From an uncultured virus (IMG/VR IMGVR_UViG_3300008012_000024) (Duplodnaviria; Heunggongvirae; Uroviricota; Caudoviricetes), in the IMG/VR virus record IMGVR_UViG_3300008012_000024, positions 54,107-74,106 of that record: a stretch of 20,000 nucleotides of DNA. One strand, written 5' to 3'. A program made the position numbers and the translations under genes. This document shows positions 8,555 to 17,350 of this stretch, in pieces. The stretch's first letter is position 1; every line of letters starts with the position of its first letter. The notes below the pieces were generated by a model. It searched no databases. It was not told the DNA's origin and saw only the letters and a list, made by a program, of their open reading frames with translations.

Positions 8555-8905
8555 TTATGAGGACTCCTTATCACCCAAAGGTAAAACAGTTATTGCATTT
8601 GTTGTACTGTCATTTTCAACCCGAATCGTATCACCATTTGTTGTCAATGTGATTGGATATGCGAACTCAATAAATGCCGTATCTGAAGCACTCATTGCAC
8701 CTTTAATTATTTTGTTTGATGTTGCTGGAGATCCACCATTAGCCACCACATAGACGTGAAAAGTTGTGTTAGCACCAGTGTCTAGATTATGTATCAGTAA
8801 TCCTCGGACGTATATTTTTTGAGAATTCTGAACTTGGACAACTGTTCCAGTACTATTTGCTGAAACGGAAACGGGAAATCCTAAACCAGTTTTTGCTAGG
8901 GCCAT
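8555..8905 (-). CDS. Small beta-rich virion protein (putative fibre adaptor), 116 aa
   Basis: Same size and pattern as the 120-aa protein (KIYVRGLLIHN ... ITLTTNGDTIRV); lies between a stalk gene and a head gene. Confidence 0.7.
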   Translation of the reverse strand: MALAKTGLGFPVSVSANSTGTVVQVQNSQKIYVRGLLIHNLDTGANTTFHVYVVANGGSPATSNKIIKGAMSASDTAFIEFAYPITLTTNGDTIRVENDSTTNAITVLPLGDKESS

Positions 8906-8924
8906 TATATTTTCGTTTTAATTT

Positions 8925-8931
8925 TATTTAG
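8925..8931 (-). promoter_or_regulatory. Possible late promoter variant (CTAAATA)
   Basis: Plus strand tatttag overlapping the 245-aa stop, about 20 nt upstream of the ATG at 8905. Confidence 0.4.
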
Positions 8932-9665
8932 GTAAATAACATAGATTCCAGTAGATCTGCCGATCCACCACCACCAGAACCAGAAATTGTAACTGAAGCG
9001 ATACCACTATTTACTGCTGCTGTTACTGAAGAACCATAAAAATTTAAAGTTGTTACTGCAGCACCAACATTAGATCCTTCTTCTTGTATTGTTATTCCAC
9101 CACCAAGACCAGTATATGAATAAACTTGCCATCCATCTGTTGCATCTTCATATACAAATTCTACAATGACACCCTTCAAATCTAAAATAAAATTATCAGC
9201 GGAACCTTCAATATTACTACCATTACGTGCCACTGTTAAATTATTAGTGTCCCAATCTCCACCGTCACCAATTTTAACAGAATCACCTTCACTTGGAGAT
9301 GCTGGTAATGTTATAGTAAAACTACCACCAGAGGTGTCGGCAATAAGTTGATCACCAGCAGAAGCTGTATAAGTTGTAGTCTTTCTAGTCCATGGATTTG
9401 ATCCTCCTCCACCACCACCAGAACTATTAATAGTAACTATTCCTGTAGGACCACCAGTTAAAGTAATATTAGTTCCAGCAACAATTGATGTTACAATTCC
9501 ACTCAATGCAGAACCATCACCAGAATAATCAGTTCCTGTTATCGTTCCACGAACATCAAGTAAACTAGTAGGAACAGAACTGTTGATACCAATTCTATCC
9601 GTATCAACAGCTCTTGTTATTAATCCTTCGGAAACTAAATTTGCAGTTTCTCTAGTTCTTCCCAT
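8928..9665 (-). CDS. Short tail-fibre/stalk protein with a T4 gp34-like repeat domain, 245 aa
   Basis: GGAGG Shine-Dalgarno at 9676-9680. Contains RIGINSSVPTSLLDVRG, YSGDGSALSGI, DTSGGSFTITLPASPSEGDSV...NLTVARNGSNIEG and ITIQEEG...LNFYG modules. Confidence 0.8.
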   Translation of the reverse strand: MGRTRETANLVSEGLITRAVDTDRIGINSSVPTSLLDVRGTITGTDYSGDGSALSGIVTSIVAGTNITLTGGPTGIVTINSSGGGGGGSNPWTRKTTTYTASAGDQLIADTSGGSFTITLPASPSEGDSVKIGDGGDWDTNNLTVARNGSNIEGSADNFILDLKGVIVEFVYEDATDGWQVYSYTGLGGGITIQEEGSNVGAAVTTLNFYGSSVTAAVNSGIASVTISGSGGGGSADLLESMLFT

Positions 9666-9683
9666 TTAGTTAGTTCCTCCCTA

Positions 9684-12600
9684 TTATGCTTGAGATTCTG
9701 ACCAAGAAATTCTAGATGATATTTGATAAGGTGAATCTTTATTGATACTTGCAGTATCAAGAGATGATGCACAAATTGTAATTACATCTGGACCGTTTGG
9801 AAATACACCATCACCACCAAGAATAGAGTTTCCAAGATCAGTCAATCTACTTAAATCAAATGTTTCAGATGCAACAGATCTAATTTCTTGACCTTGAGTT
9901 CCAATACCAATAGGTCCGCCAGATGCACGGAACTGGTAAATTGTTGTTCCTCCTTGAATGGTATCTCCAGAATCATGAGCAGTATATTGTGAAAGTGATG
10001 GAGAACCAACATTTAAGTGATTTAAATTACTTAATGATCCATTCAATACGACAGTAATTCTTGAGTCATGTGATACGGAAACACCCATCTCTTGTAATTT
10101 TAATTGCATTCGATTAATAATATCTCTTTCACCAAGTTCTCCAATCAAATTATTATCTGCTGACGGTGCAAGACGAATACTAATCAAAGGAATTAATGAA
10201 TTAAGATCAACATCACTATTAGAACCACCACTAGACGGAGCACCAATACTGACTGCAGTTCCTGAAGAAACAAGTGGATAAACTCCAGGTTGATTCCATC
10301 CAGTAGAAAGATAGATATAGACATAGAAACTATTTCCCGAATATTGAGTGAAGTCAACTGCTTGGCCATTCAATTCATCATCAACAGTATACAATGGAAT
10401 ACCATTTGTAAACTTATCTGCATCAGCAGCAGAAAATGTTAATCTTAAATACCAGTTTGAATAATTTCCATAAATTTTTTGTCTACTAATTGCACCATCT
10501 GCGGTTGTAGTTACAGTATCACTATCTCCATTTGTGAATGATAATGAATTGCCCGATGCAGTAAATAGATAACTATCATCATTATCAAATCCACCATCCA
10601 TAATAACTGATGTTCCCCAGTGGAATAATGAAGGAACAAATGTTGGAGTATCTGTTGTATTTGCAACCTCATATCTAGCAGGGACATTACCCGTTCTCAT
10701 ATATGCTTCATTCAATCTATTATTATGAATAAATTCGTGCATATACTTAACATGACCGTAGGTATCTTTGAAACCAAAACGAATCTTACCTGCACCGTAC
10801 CAGGAATAATCCATATAAGCCATTTGGATTGAATTGATATCTAAATTATATCCAGATGGTCCTGACCCATCTGCCTTATCAATATTCCAGGATGTCTGTG
10901 CAGTTCTTACATCCTGAGTAAGTGTAATCACAACACCAGAATTTGATGATCCTCTATATTTTGGTTGTATATCAATCTCATCCTGACCATGAATTGCGGT
11001 AACTTTATATGATTGACCTCTAACCACAATCATATCATTTACAGATAATTGATCTTGGAATCTTGTATTTGTACCAAGAATTTTATTACTCAGATAAGTA
11101 ACATTTGATGTTCCAGATAACTGTTGAACAGAGGATCTTCTTACACAATATAAATTTGATCCATCATATTCATAGAAGAAACCATTTTGATCATCAAATA
11201 ATCCAGCACGAACAGAAGCACCACTATATGAGTTAATAGTCCATTCCATAAATCCTGTTGGATTTGCTTCTGATACTGTTCCACCCGCAGTATATTGGAA
11301 AGTAAATGTTGTTGGATTTGCTACAGTAAAATTAGTTCCATTATAATTTGAATCACTCGCACCCCTAAACTTAATTGTATCACCAGCAGTTAAATTATGT
11401 GGATATTCTGTCGTCACGGTAACAGTGGTTCCAGATCCTTCAACTAATCTTGCTGGTTGATATGGATTGAAGTTAATAGCCATTGAACACTGAATACCTT
11501 TACCAGATTGATAACGGAAATATTTTCTTGTTTGTCTGATAATTTTTGAATTTGGTGATGTTCCAGCAGTAATATCCACACCACCATCAAAAGGTCTATG
11601 AATAAAGGTTCCATCTGCCCTTACATTGATCTTTGTATCAACATAATGCTCTACACCAGTTTTTGCAATACCAATCGAATTACGAAGAACTAAACTCGTA
11701 TCACTTACAATAGATGCAACTTCTCCTTGAGCATAATCTGAGAAAGTTGATAGTCCAGCAACAATAAATGGATCTCCGATAGAATATGTTGATTGGAATT
11801 TCGTATTTGTTCCTGTTACTGTTGTTCCTGTTTCTGTTGTAGTAACCGTTCCTGCTGCTGCAACTCTTCCAGCAATTCCAGGAATTGTAAGTTTATATGA
11901 ACCAGAAGATGCCTGAAGATCAGTAATTGAATTAATACCAGTTTGTGCATCACTAGTAGAAAAACCTAACTGAACATATTCATTGTTGGGAACAATCGCA
12001 TAATATGTTGTTCCTGATGTTAATCCAGGAATACTGGCACCACTGACCTCATCAAAAACTAATTTTTGAAGATTATTTAATCCATGACCAGTTGGTATAT
12101 TGATATAATATGAATCTGAATTAGCATCAGATGTGATACCTGTGTTACCAAATGTAAGTTCTCTTGATACAATTCTATTGCTAACACCAATACTTACTGT
12201 TGTACTAGTTATTCCAGTTATATCATAGTAATCATCAACAACACCAGTCGTTTGTGCAGTTTCTACTAATAAAGGTGCTGCACCCGTATCAGTAAAATCC
12301 AGAACATTTCCATTACTATCTTTTAATTTAAATCGATTTACATCGACTACTTCTGCCGTAAGTGTATTGATACCAACACCACTTAATCCAACAACTGAAG
12401 TATCAGTTTTGATTTGATCAACAATATCACTTATTCTTGATGCAAAAGTAGCACTATCATAGTAATTAGTGGCAGTATCTTCATCAAGAGCAAATAAAAC
12501 TTCAATGAGGTAAAATTGTCCTCTTATATTTTGCGTACTATTTGAAAATGTACCATGAAATGCCCACTCAATATTTCTACGGTATTGAGACCAAAAAGTA

Positions 12601-14345
12601 TTTCCTCCATACTGAGCACTCCAATTATCATTTTCTAAGAAAATATTAAATTTTACGGCACCAGAACGAGCAGTATCACCACGATAATACTGGCAAAGGT
12701 AAGTATAATACCATCCATCACCAGCATTTTGTCTGGTATTTTGTACATAATAATTACTATATCCGCTAGAAGTATTACTTCCTTTGCTATAATAAGTATA
12801 ATCAAAGTATCGTTGTCTGGCAATACTTGACTCAACTGTGCTTGGATCTGGAAATGATCGTACAGTTATAATATGATCCGTAAATCCCAGATAATTATGT
12901 GCAGTTGATTGATAATAATATCCTAGATTTGCTAGTGTTGCTGGAGCAGATCCAGTATTATCAGTATATCTTGTAAAATACTGTCCAACATCTACTGGAT
13001 TTCCTGTAAATAAAACGGATGCAATTTCTCCATAATCATACCAACGATATTCTGCTCTAAAAGCAAGAGAAGAGTTATAGAAATATAGAGGGTTAGCTCT
13101 ATTCGAAGAGCCAGAATATTGTCCATATGAAAAATCCTGATACTGTATATCATTTGCACCACCACTAGCACCTTCTCTTGGAGTTATGCCTACTCCATTA
13201 GTAGTATAAAATGCAGAAGTTGAGATATTAGCATTATGATAAATTCTGGAGTGATTTGCTCCATGTGTTGATACAATTGCATCTGCAGCAGTCGTAACGG
13301 CATCAAATATTGTGTTTATTGCAGCACTACTTGTTTCAGGTTCTCCACCTGCTCCAGTAGCTGCCGTTGGCATTGTTCCACCAGTATCTGCTGATAAAAA
13401 TACGGTTTGATTTGTATATAATCCGTGATTAGCAGCATAAAAACTATCATCAGTTATATTCACAAAAGGACTTCCATCAGGAGCATTTGATGCTGTACTT
13501 GCAATACCAATAGATCTTTTGCCTACAGTATTTGTAATATACAAACTGGTTGATGTTGTTAATCCATGATTAAATTCTGTTTCGATTGTTAATGTTGATG
13601 GATCTGCATTATCTGTCTCAATTCCTCTACTTTTCTCATATTCAATATTTGATCCAGTGAAAAATGAACCAGGAATAATCGTTGTATATACCGTCTTTGT
13701 ATTTGCAGTTGTAGATTGTATAGAACCTGCTCTATAAACAAATGTAGTATCAGATGGAACTGCAGTAATAATATACTTTCCGTTTACTGTTCTTACATTG
13801 GTTCCTTGAACTTCAATTGGATCACCAACTGCTAAGTCATGGTTAATCGTACAAACAACAGTAACCTCATCACTATTATTTGTGATATTAACCTGACTAA
13901 TTCCACCAATAGAGATACCAGGAGCTCTTGTGTATGTTGATGGAATATTATTAACAAGTTCTAATGTTTCCCACTTTGTTGGTTGTAATCCATATTCAAA
14001 GTCAGTATCAATTAAATTCTCTGGATTTGATACTCTAAATTTATGAACAGGATCTAATAGTGATTCTCCTGCTTCAATTTTATTCTCTTGTTCATCAACA
14101 AATATTTGAAGCTCATCACTATCACTCATCGTGGTAGTGTCATATTCTAAAGTGATAGTCGTCTCATCATTATCACTATTATATGATGTAGTGCCCCCTT
14201 TATTTGTATCGGCAAAATTGTAAATAATTGTCTGATCGGTTACATTTGTGATCAGTTGAAGTGTTCTAAGTTTATATAACCCCTTTATAACTACAGTTTG
14301 TGCAGAAGCATCAAAGGTGTAATTATAGATTAACTTCTTTGCCAT
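9684..14345 (-). CDS. Large virion structural protein (cyanophage-type multi-domain tail/baseplate-associated protein), 1553 aa
   Basis: Long Thr/Ser/Gly-rich ORF with blocks RVSNPENLIDTDFEYGLQPTKWE, RQTRKYFRYQSGKG, DYSWYGAGKIRFG and YMRTGNVPARYE, plus repeated H-[GDN]-L modules. Late promoter upstream. Confidence 0.8.
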   Translation of the reverse strand: MAKKLIYNYTFDASAQTVVIKGLYKLRTLQLITNVTDQTIIYNFADTNKGGTTSYNSDNDETTITLEYDTTTMSDSDELQIFVDEQENKIEAGESLLDPVHKFRVSNPENLIDTDFEYGLQPTKWETLELVNNIPSTYTRAPGISIGGISQVNITNNSDEVTVVCTINHDLAVGDPIEVQGTNVRTVNGKYIITAVPSDTTFVYRAGSIQSTTANTKTVYTTIIPGSFFTGSNIEYEKSRGIETDNADPSTLTIETEFNHGLTTSTSLYITNTVGKRSIGIASTASNAPDGSPFVNITDDSFYAANHGLYTNQTVFLSADTGGTMPTAATGAGGEPETSSAAINTIFDAVTTAADAIVSTHGANHSRIYHNANISTSAFYTTNGVGITPREGASGGANDIQYQDFSYGQYSGSSNRANPLYFYNSSLAFRAEYRWYDYGEIASVLFTGNPVDVGQYFTRYTDNTGSAPATLANLGYYYQSTAHNYLGFTDHIITVRSFPDPSTVESSIARQRYFDYTYYSKGSNTSSGYSNYYVQNTRQNAGDGWYYTYLCQYYRGDTARSGAVKFNIFLENDNWSAQYGGNTFWSQYRRNIEWAFHGTFSNSTQNIRGQFYLIEVLFALDEDTATNYYDSATFASRISDIVDQIKTDTSVVGLSGVGINTLTAEVVDVNRFKLKDSNGNVLDFTDTGAAPLLVETAQTTGVVDDYYDITGITSTTVSIGVSNRIVSRELTFGNTGITSDANSDSYYINIPTGHGLNNLQKLVFDEVSGASIPGLTSGTTYYAIVPNNEYVQLGFSTSDAQTGINSITDLQASSGSYKLTIPGIAGRVAAAGTVTTTETGTTVTGTNTKFQSTYSIGDPFIVAGLSTFSDYAQGEVASIVSDTSLVLRNSIGIAKTGVEHYVDTKINVRADGTFIHRPFDGGVDITAGTSPNSKIIRQTRKYFRYQSGKGIQCSMAINFNPYQPARLVEGSGTTVTVTTEYPHNLTAGDTIKFRGASDSNYNGTNFTVANPTTFTFQYTAGGTVSEANPTGFMEWTINSYSGASVRAGLFDDQNGFFYEYDGSNLYCVRRSSVQQLSGTSNVTYLSNKILGTNTRFQDQLSVNDMIVVRGQSYKVTAIHGQDEIDIQPKYRGSSNSGVVITLTQDVRTAQTSWNIDKADGSGPSGYNLDINSIQMAYMDYSWYGAGKIRFGFKDTYGHVKYMHEFIHNNRLNEAYMRTGNVPARYEVANTTDTPTFVPSLFHWGTSVIMDGGFDNDDSYLFTASGNSLSFTNGDSDTVTTTADGAISRQKIYGNYSNWYLRLTFSAADADKFTNGIPLYTVDDELNGQAVDFTQYSGNSFYVYIYLSTGWNQPGVYPLVSSGTAVSIGAPSSGGSNSDVDLNSLIPLISIRLAPSADNNLIGELGERDIINRMQLKLQEMGVSVSHDSRITVVLNGSLSNLNHLNVGSPSLSQYTAHDSGDTIQGGTTIYQFRASGGPIGIGTQGQEIRSVASETFDLSRLTDLGNSILGGDGVFPNGPDVITICASSLDTASINKDSPYQISSRISWSESQA

Positions 14346-14369
14346 TGTATCCTTTCAGTTTTATATCAG

Positions 14370-14377
14370 TATTTATC
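14370..14377 (-). promoter_or_regulatory. T4-like late promoter (GATAAATA)
   Basis: Plus strand tatttatc overlapping the TGA of the 975-aa gene, 24 nt upstream of the ATG at 14345. Confidence 0.6.
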
Positions 14378-17303
14378 ATCCTAATGCGATTGCAAATGCA
14401 ATTGCATCATTTTGAGTTGCCATCTGAACATTATTAGCAGATATATCACCAGTAATACTTATACTGCCAATACCAGTAATATTATATCCATTTAAATCAA
14501 GATGACCACCTAATTCTGGAGTCGTATCATCACTAACCTCAACACTAGTAAGAGATACAGAACTATATGCAACAAATTCAATCACATCTCCAACGTGAGT
14601 ATCATTATCCAATACAACACTTGTCCCATTTGTTGCCGTAAATTCACCAGTTTCTAATCTGACACCATTAAGGTATACATCAAGATATCCAACATCATAA
14701 GTAACTGAATATGTATCGGTTGCACTACTAACAGTTTGAGTAGTAACTGTTCTTGTAGTACTACCACCACCTCCACCTCCAGAAATTGTAATTGTTTTTG
14801 TTGAACCAGTTCCTGATGCAACTACACCACTACCAACAAAGTTTAATACGGATGCTGCTGTTGTTAAAGCAGAACCCTCATCCTGAACTGTAATAGCACT
14901 ACCAGCACCAGCTGGTCCCTGTAAACCTTGTAATCCAACTCCCTGAAGACCCTGAAGACCTTGAGTAGCTTGAATACCTTGAGCACCTTGAGGACCAGGT
15001 ACGTTAGAGTCTTCACCCTTAACACCCTGAGTTCCCTGAGATCCAACACCCTGAGTTCCTTGGAATCCTTGAGATCCTTGAGTGCCTTGAGCACCAGAAC
15101 CAATTATACCTTGGAGACCTTGTAAGTCAGAGGCAGTAAGATCATAGATGTTAATGGTATTACCCATAGAAGTTCCATGAGTAACACAACTATAATTAAG
15201 TTGGTCTGGTGCATCGTAGGGAACTACAAAAGTATGTACCAAATCTGTTCCTAATGTACCACCATTATCAGTCCATCCACTAGTGTATCCAGATCCATTT
15301 AGAAGTTCTAATTCTAATTCATGACTAACATTACTAGAATCAGATTGATCAAAGGTATACTTTTGACCCCTGAATAAAGATAAAGATGGTTGAGAATCAC
15401 CATCTAGAACAAAAACACTACCAGATACAGTAACAACATACTGTTTTGCAATAGGTTGTGATCCAACAAGTCCTTGAGTACCTTGAGCACCATCGGAACC
15501 AGGAGTACCAGCACCTGTTTGACCTCTTTGCCCCTGAAGACCTTGGAATCCTTGAGAACCTTGAGTACCTTGTCCAGCATTAGATCCATCACGACCTTGA
15601 AGACCTTGAAGACCTTGAGCACCTTGAGGACCAGGTACGTTAGAGTCTTCACCCTTAACACCCTGAGTTCCCTGAGATCCAACACCCTGAGTTCCTTGGA
15701 ATCCTTGAACACCCTGAGTTCCCTGATTTCCTTGAGGACCCGTTTCTCCTTTATCACCAGTTCTAGCAAAGGTTATTATAATGTCTTCATCAGCACTAAA
15801 TGGATTAGTTGCCGATGAATCTACAGGACTTACCGTAATATCAAAATATCCACTGTTGTCTGTAAGACTTGAAATTGTAAATAATATAAATTGACTTGGA
15901 TCTGTTTTGTTTGAAATCTTGACATGACCCTTGATAGTACTTGTAGAGTCATCAATAGTTTGTAGATAAGATGATATATCATTACCGTTCTCATCTATGT
16001 CACAAATATAGATACCCGTTGCAGCATTCTGAGTTGAATTATCTAATCTAATATCTCCTGAACCTGGATTCGCATCTGTGGTATTTGCTTCAAAGGTATA
16101 ATAAAATGTAGCACCACCAAAGTTGCCAGTATCTCCCTTAATACCTTGAAGTCCTTGAAGTCCTTGAGCAGATAATCCACCTTGAACACCTTGCAATCCA
16201 GTAGGAACAAAGAAAATAGAACAATGATTGTTATTACCAATTGTGGTGATACTACCAGATGAAAGACTAACAGTAAGTGTGTAATATGTATCAGTACCTT
16301 GGTTAACCGATTCATCGACTATATCAGTAACTTCAAAAGTCCAAGTATAATTAAATAATTGTATATGTAAATATCCTATAGGATTTGCTCCCCCTATAGA
16401 AGACCAATTACCAATCCACGAAGTTTGAGATATGTTTTGTAAATCATTATGATGAATGTATATTTCTGTTACTGATGCTGCGGATGTATCATCCCATCTA
16501 AAATAACCCGCTCCAGGATTAGACTTAGTTGTTGTATTACTATATCGATATACTACTCCACCTCCACGCCCCTTAACACCTTGAACCCCTTGAAGTCCTT
16601 GAGAAGCAACTGCCGCATCAACCCAATTAATCTCAGTTCCAGTAGAACTTAATACTTGTCCAGATGATCCAATATCACCATCTTTGTCCAGAAGTCCACC
16701 AGTAATTCTTACACCAGTATTAGCAGTTTCAAGTTTTTTACTATCAGCATAATAAAGATCTACTGCACCAGCAGAGTGTGTGAGAATTCTTTTTGATCCA
16801 GCCGTATCGATCTTAACATTATCACCACGGATAAACAATGTTCCACCACTTGTCTGGTAGTTAATCCCAACATCACCAGAAGTTTCGTATATTATAAGAT
16901 CATTATCATTACCAACATATAATCCATTACCTAAAGTATCGCCAAGTTGTATACGATCTTTAAAGGTAGAAATACCAGTTACACTTAAACCAGCGCCAAT
17001 ACTAACATGAGAATTTGTGGAAAGACCTACCGTATTACTTTCCCAATAACCAGGTGCTCCAACACCAGTAATTGTAGACCCATCAGAAGTCCACGATACT
17101 CCAGATCCAGTTGAGATTAAAATCTGCCCTGCAGTTCCCGAAACATTATAGTAATCTTTCAGTTCTCCAGTAAGTCTCGCACTTCCCTGGATATGTAAAG
17201 TCTCAGAAGGTATAGTCGTGCCTATCCCCACCTTCCCATCAGTAACTGAGGGGAAAAGCATTCCATCTGAAGATAACTTACCAGTTTGTCTAGACTTTCC
17301 CAT
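14376..17303 (-). CDS. Mosaic collagen-like tail fibre protein with an internal cupredoxin-like domain, 975 aa
   Basis: GKVGIGTTIP, GQILISTGSGVSW/GQVLSSTGTEINW, several GxQ collagen tracts, two ~120-aa NPGxG repeats, H...CxxHxxxM domain, QDEG and DVYLNG modules, TTPELGGHLDLNG and C-terminal AIAFAIALG. Confidence 0.85.
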   Translation of the reverse strand: MGKSRQTGKLSSDGMLFPSVTDGKVGIGTTIPSETLHIQGSARLTGELKDYYNVSGTAGQILISTGSGVSWTSDGSTITGVGAPGYWESNTVGLSTNSHVSIGAGLSVTGISTFKDRIQLGDTLGNGLYVGNDNDLIIYETSGDVGINYQTSGGTLFIRGDNVKIDTAGSKRILTHSAGAVDLYYADSKKLETANTGVRITGGLLDKDGDIGSSGQVLSSTGTEINWVDAAVASQGLQGVQGVKGRGGGVVYRYSNTTTKSNPGAGYFRWDDTSAASVTEIYIHHNDLQNISQTSWIGNWSSIGGANPIGYLHIQLFNYTWTFEVTDIVDESVNQGTDTYYTLTVSLSSGSITTIGNNNHCSIFFVPTGLQGVQGGLSAQGLQGLQGIKGDTGNFGGATFYYTFEANTTDANPGSGDIRLDNSTQNAATGIYICDIDENGNDISSYLQTIDDSTSTIKGHVKISNKTDPSQFILFTISSLTDNSGYFDITVSPVDSSATNPFSADEDIIITFARTGDKGETGPQGNQGTQGVQGFQGTQGVGSQGTQGVKGEDSNVPGPQGAQGLQGLQGRDGSNAGQGTQGSQGFQGLQGQRGQTGAGTPGSDGAQGTQGLVGSQPIAKQYVVTVSGSVFVLDGDSQPSLSLFRGQKYTFDQSDSSNVSHELELELLNGSGYTSGWTDNGGTLGTDLVHTFVVPYDAPDQLNYSCVTHGTSMGNTINIYDLTASDLQGLQGIIGSGAQGTQGSQGFQGTQGVGSQGTQGVKGEDSNVPGPQGAQGIQATQGLQGLQGVGLQGLQGPAGAGSAITVQDEGSALTTAASVLNFVGSGVVASGTGSTKTITISGGGGGGSTTRTVTTQTVSSATDTYSVTYDVGYLDVYLNGVRLETGEFTATNGTSVVLDNDTHVGDVIEFVAYSSVSLTSVEVSDDTTPELGGHLDLNGYNITGIGSISITGDISANNVQMATQNDAIAFAIALG
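14976..15072. repeat. 97-bp perfect direct repeat, copy 1
   Basis: accttgagcacc...tggaatccttga is identical base for base to 15612-15708. Confidence 0.95.
15612..15708. repeat. 97-bp perfect direct repeat, copy 2
   Basis: Identical to 14976-15072; offset 636 bp (212 codons). Confidence 0.95.
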
Positions 17304-17323
17304 TATATTCCTATGGTTTTAAG

Positions 17324-17331
17324 TATTTATT
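17324..17331 (-). promoter_or_regulatory. T4-like late promoter (AATAAATA)
   Basis: Plus strand tatttatt, 20 nt upstream of the ATG at 17303. Confidence 0.6.
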
Positions 17332-17350
17332 TTTATAAATGTAAAACATG

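Noticed and set aside
8554..8574. GTG start at 8574 for the 258-aa ORF
   Set aside because: ATG at 8553 has a good AGGAGT Shine-Dalgarno and avoids a 20-nt overlap.
14976..15708. Possible DGR template/variable repeat pair, or IS/att ends
   Set aside because: The copies are identical with no adenine-specific mismatches, and no reverse transcriptase, transposase or recombinase is present in the window.
14864..16315. ORFs 14864..15103, 15404..15769, 15474..15818 and 16043..16315
   Set aside because: Off-frame or antisense shadows of GxQ repeats within the 975-aa gene; no ribosome-binding site or slippery site recognised.
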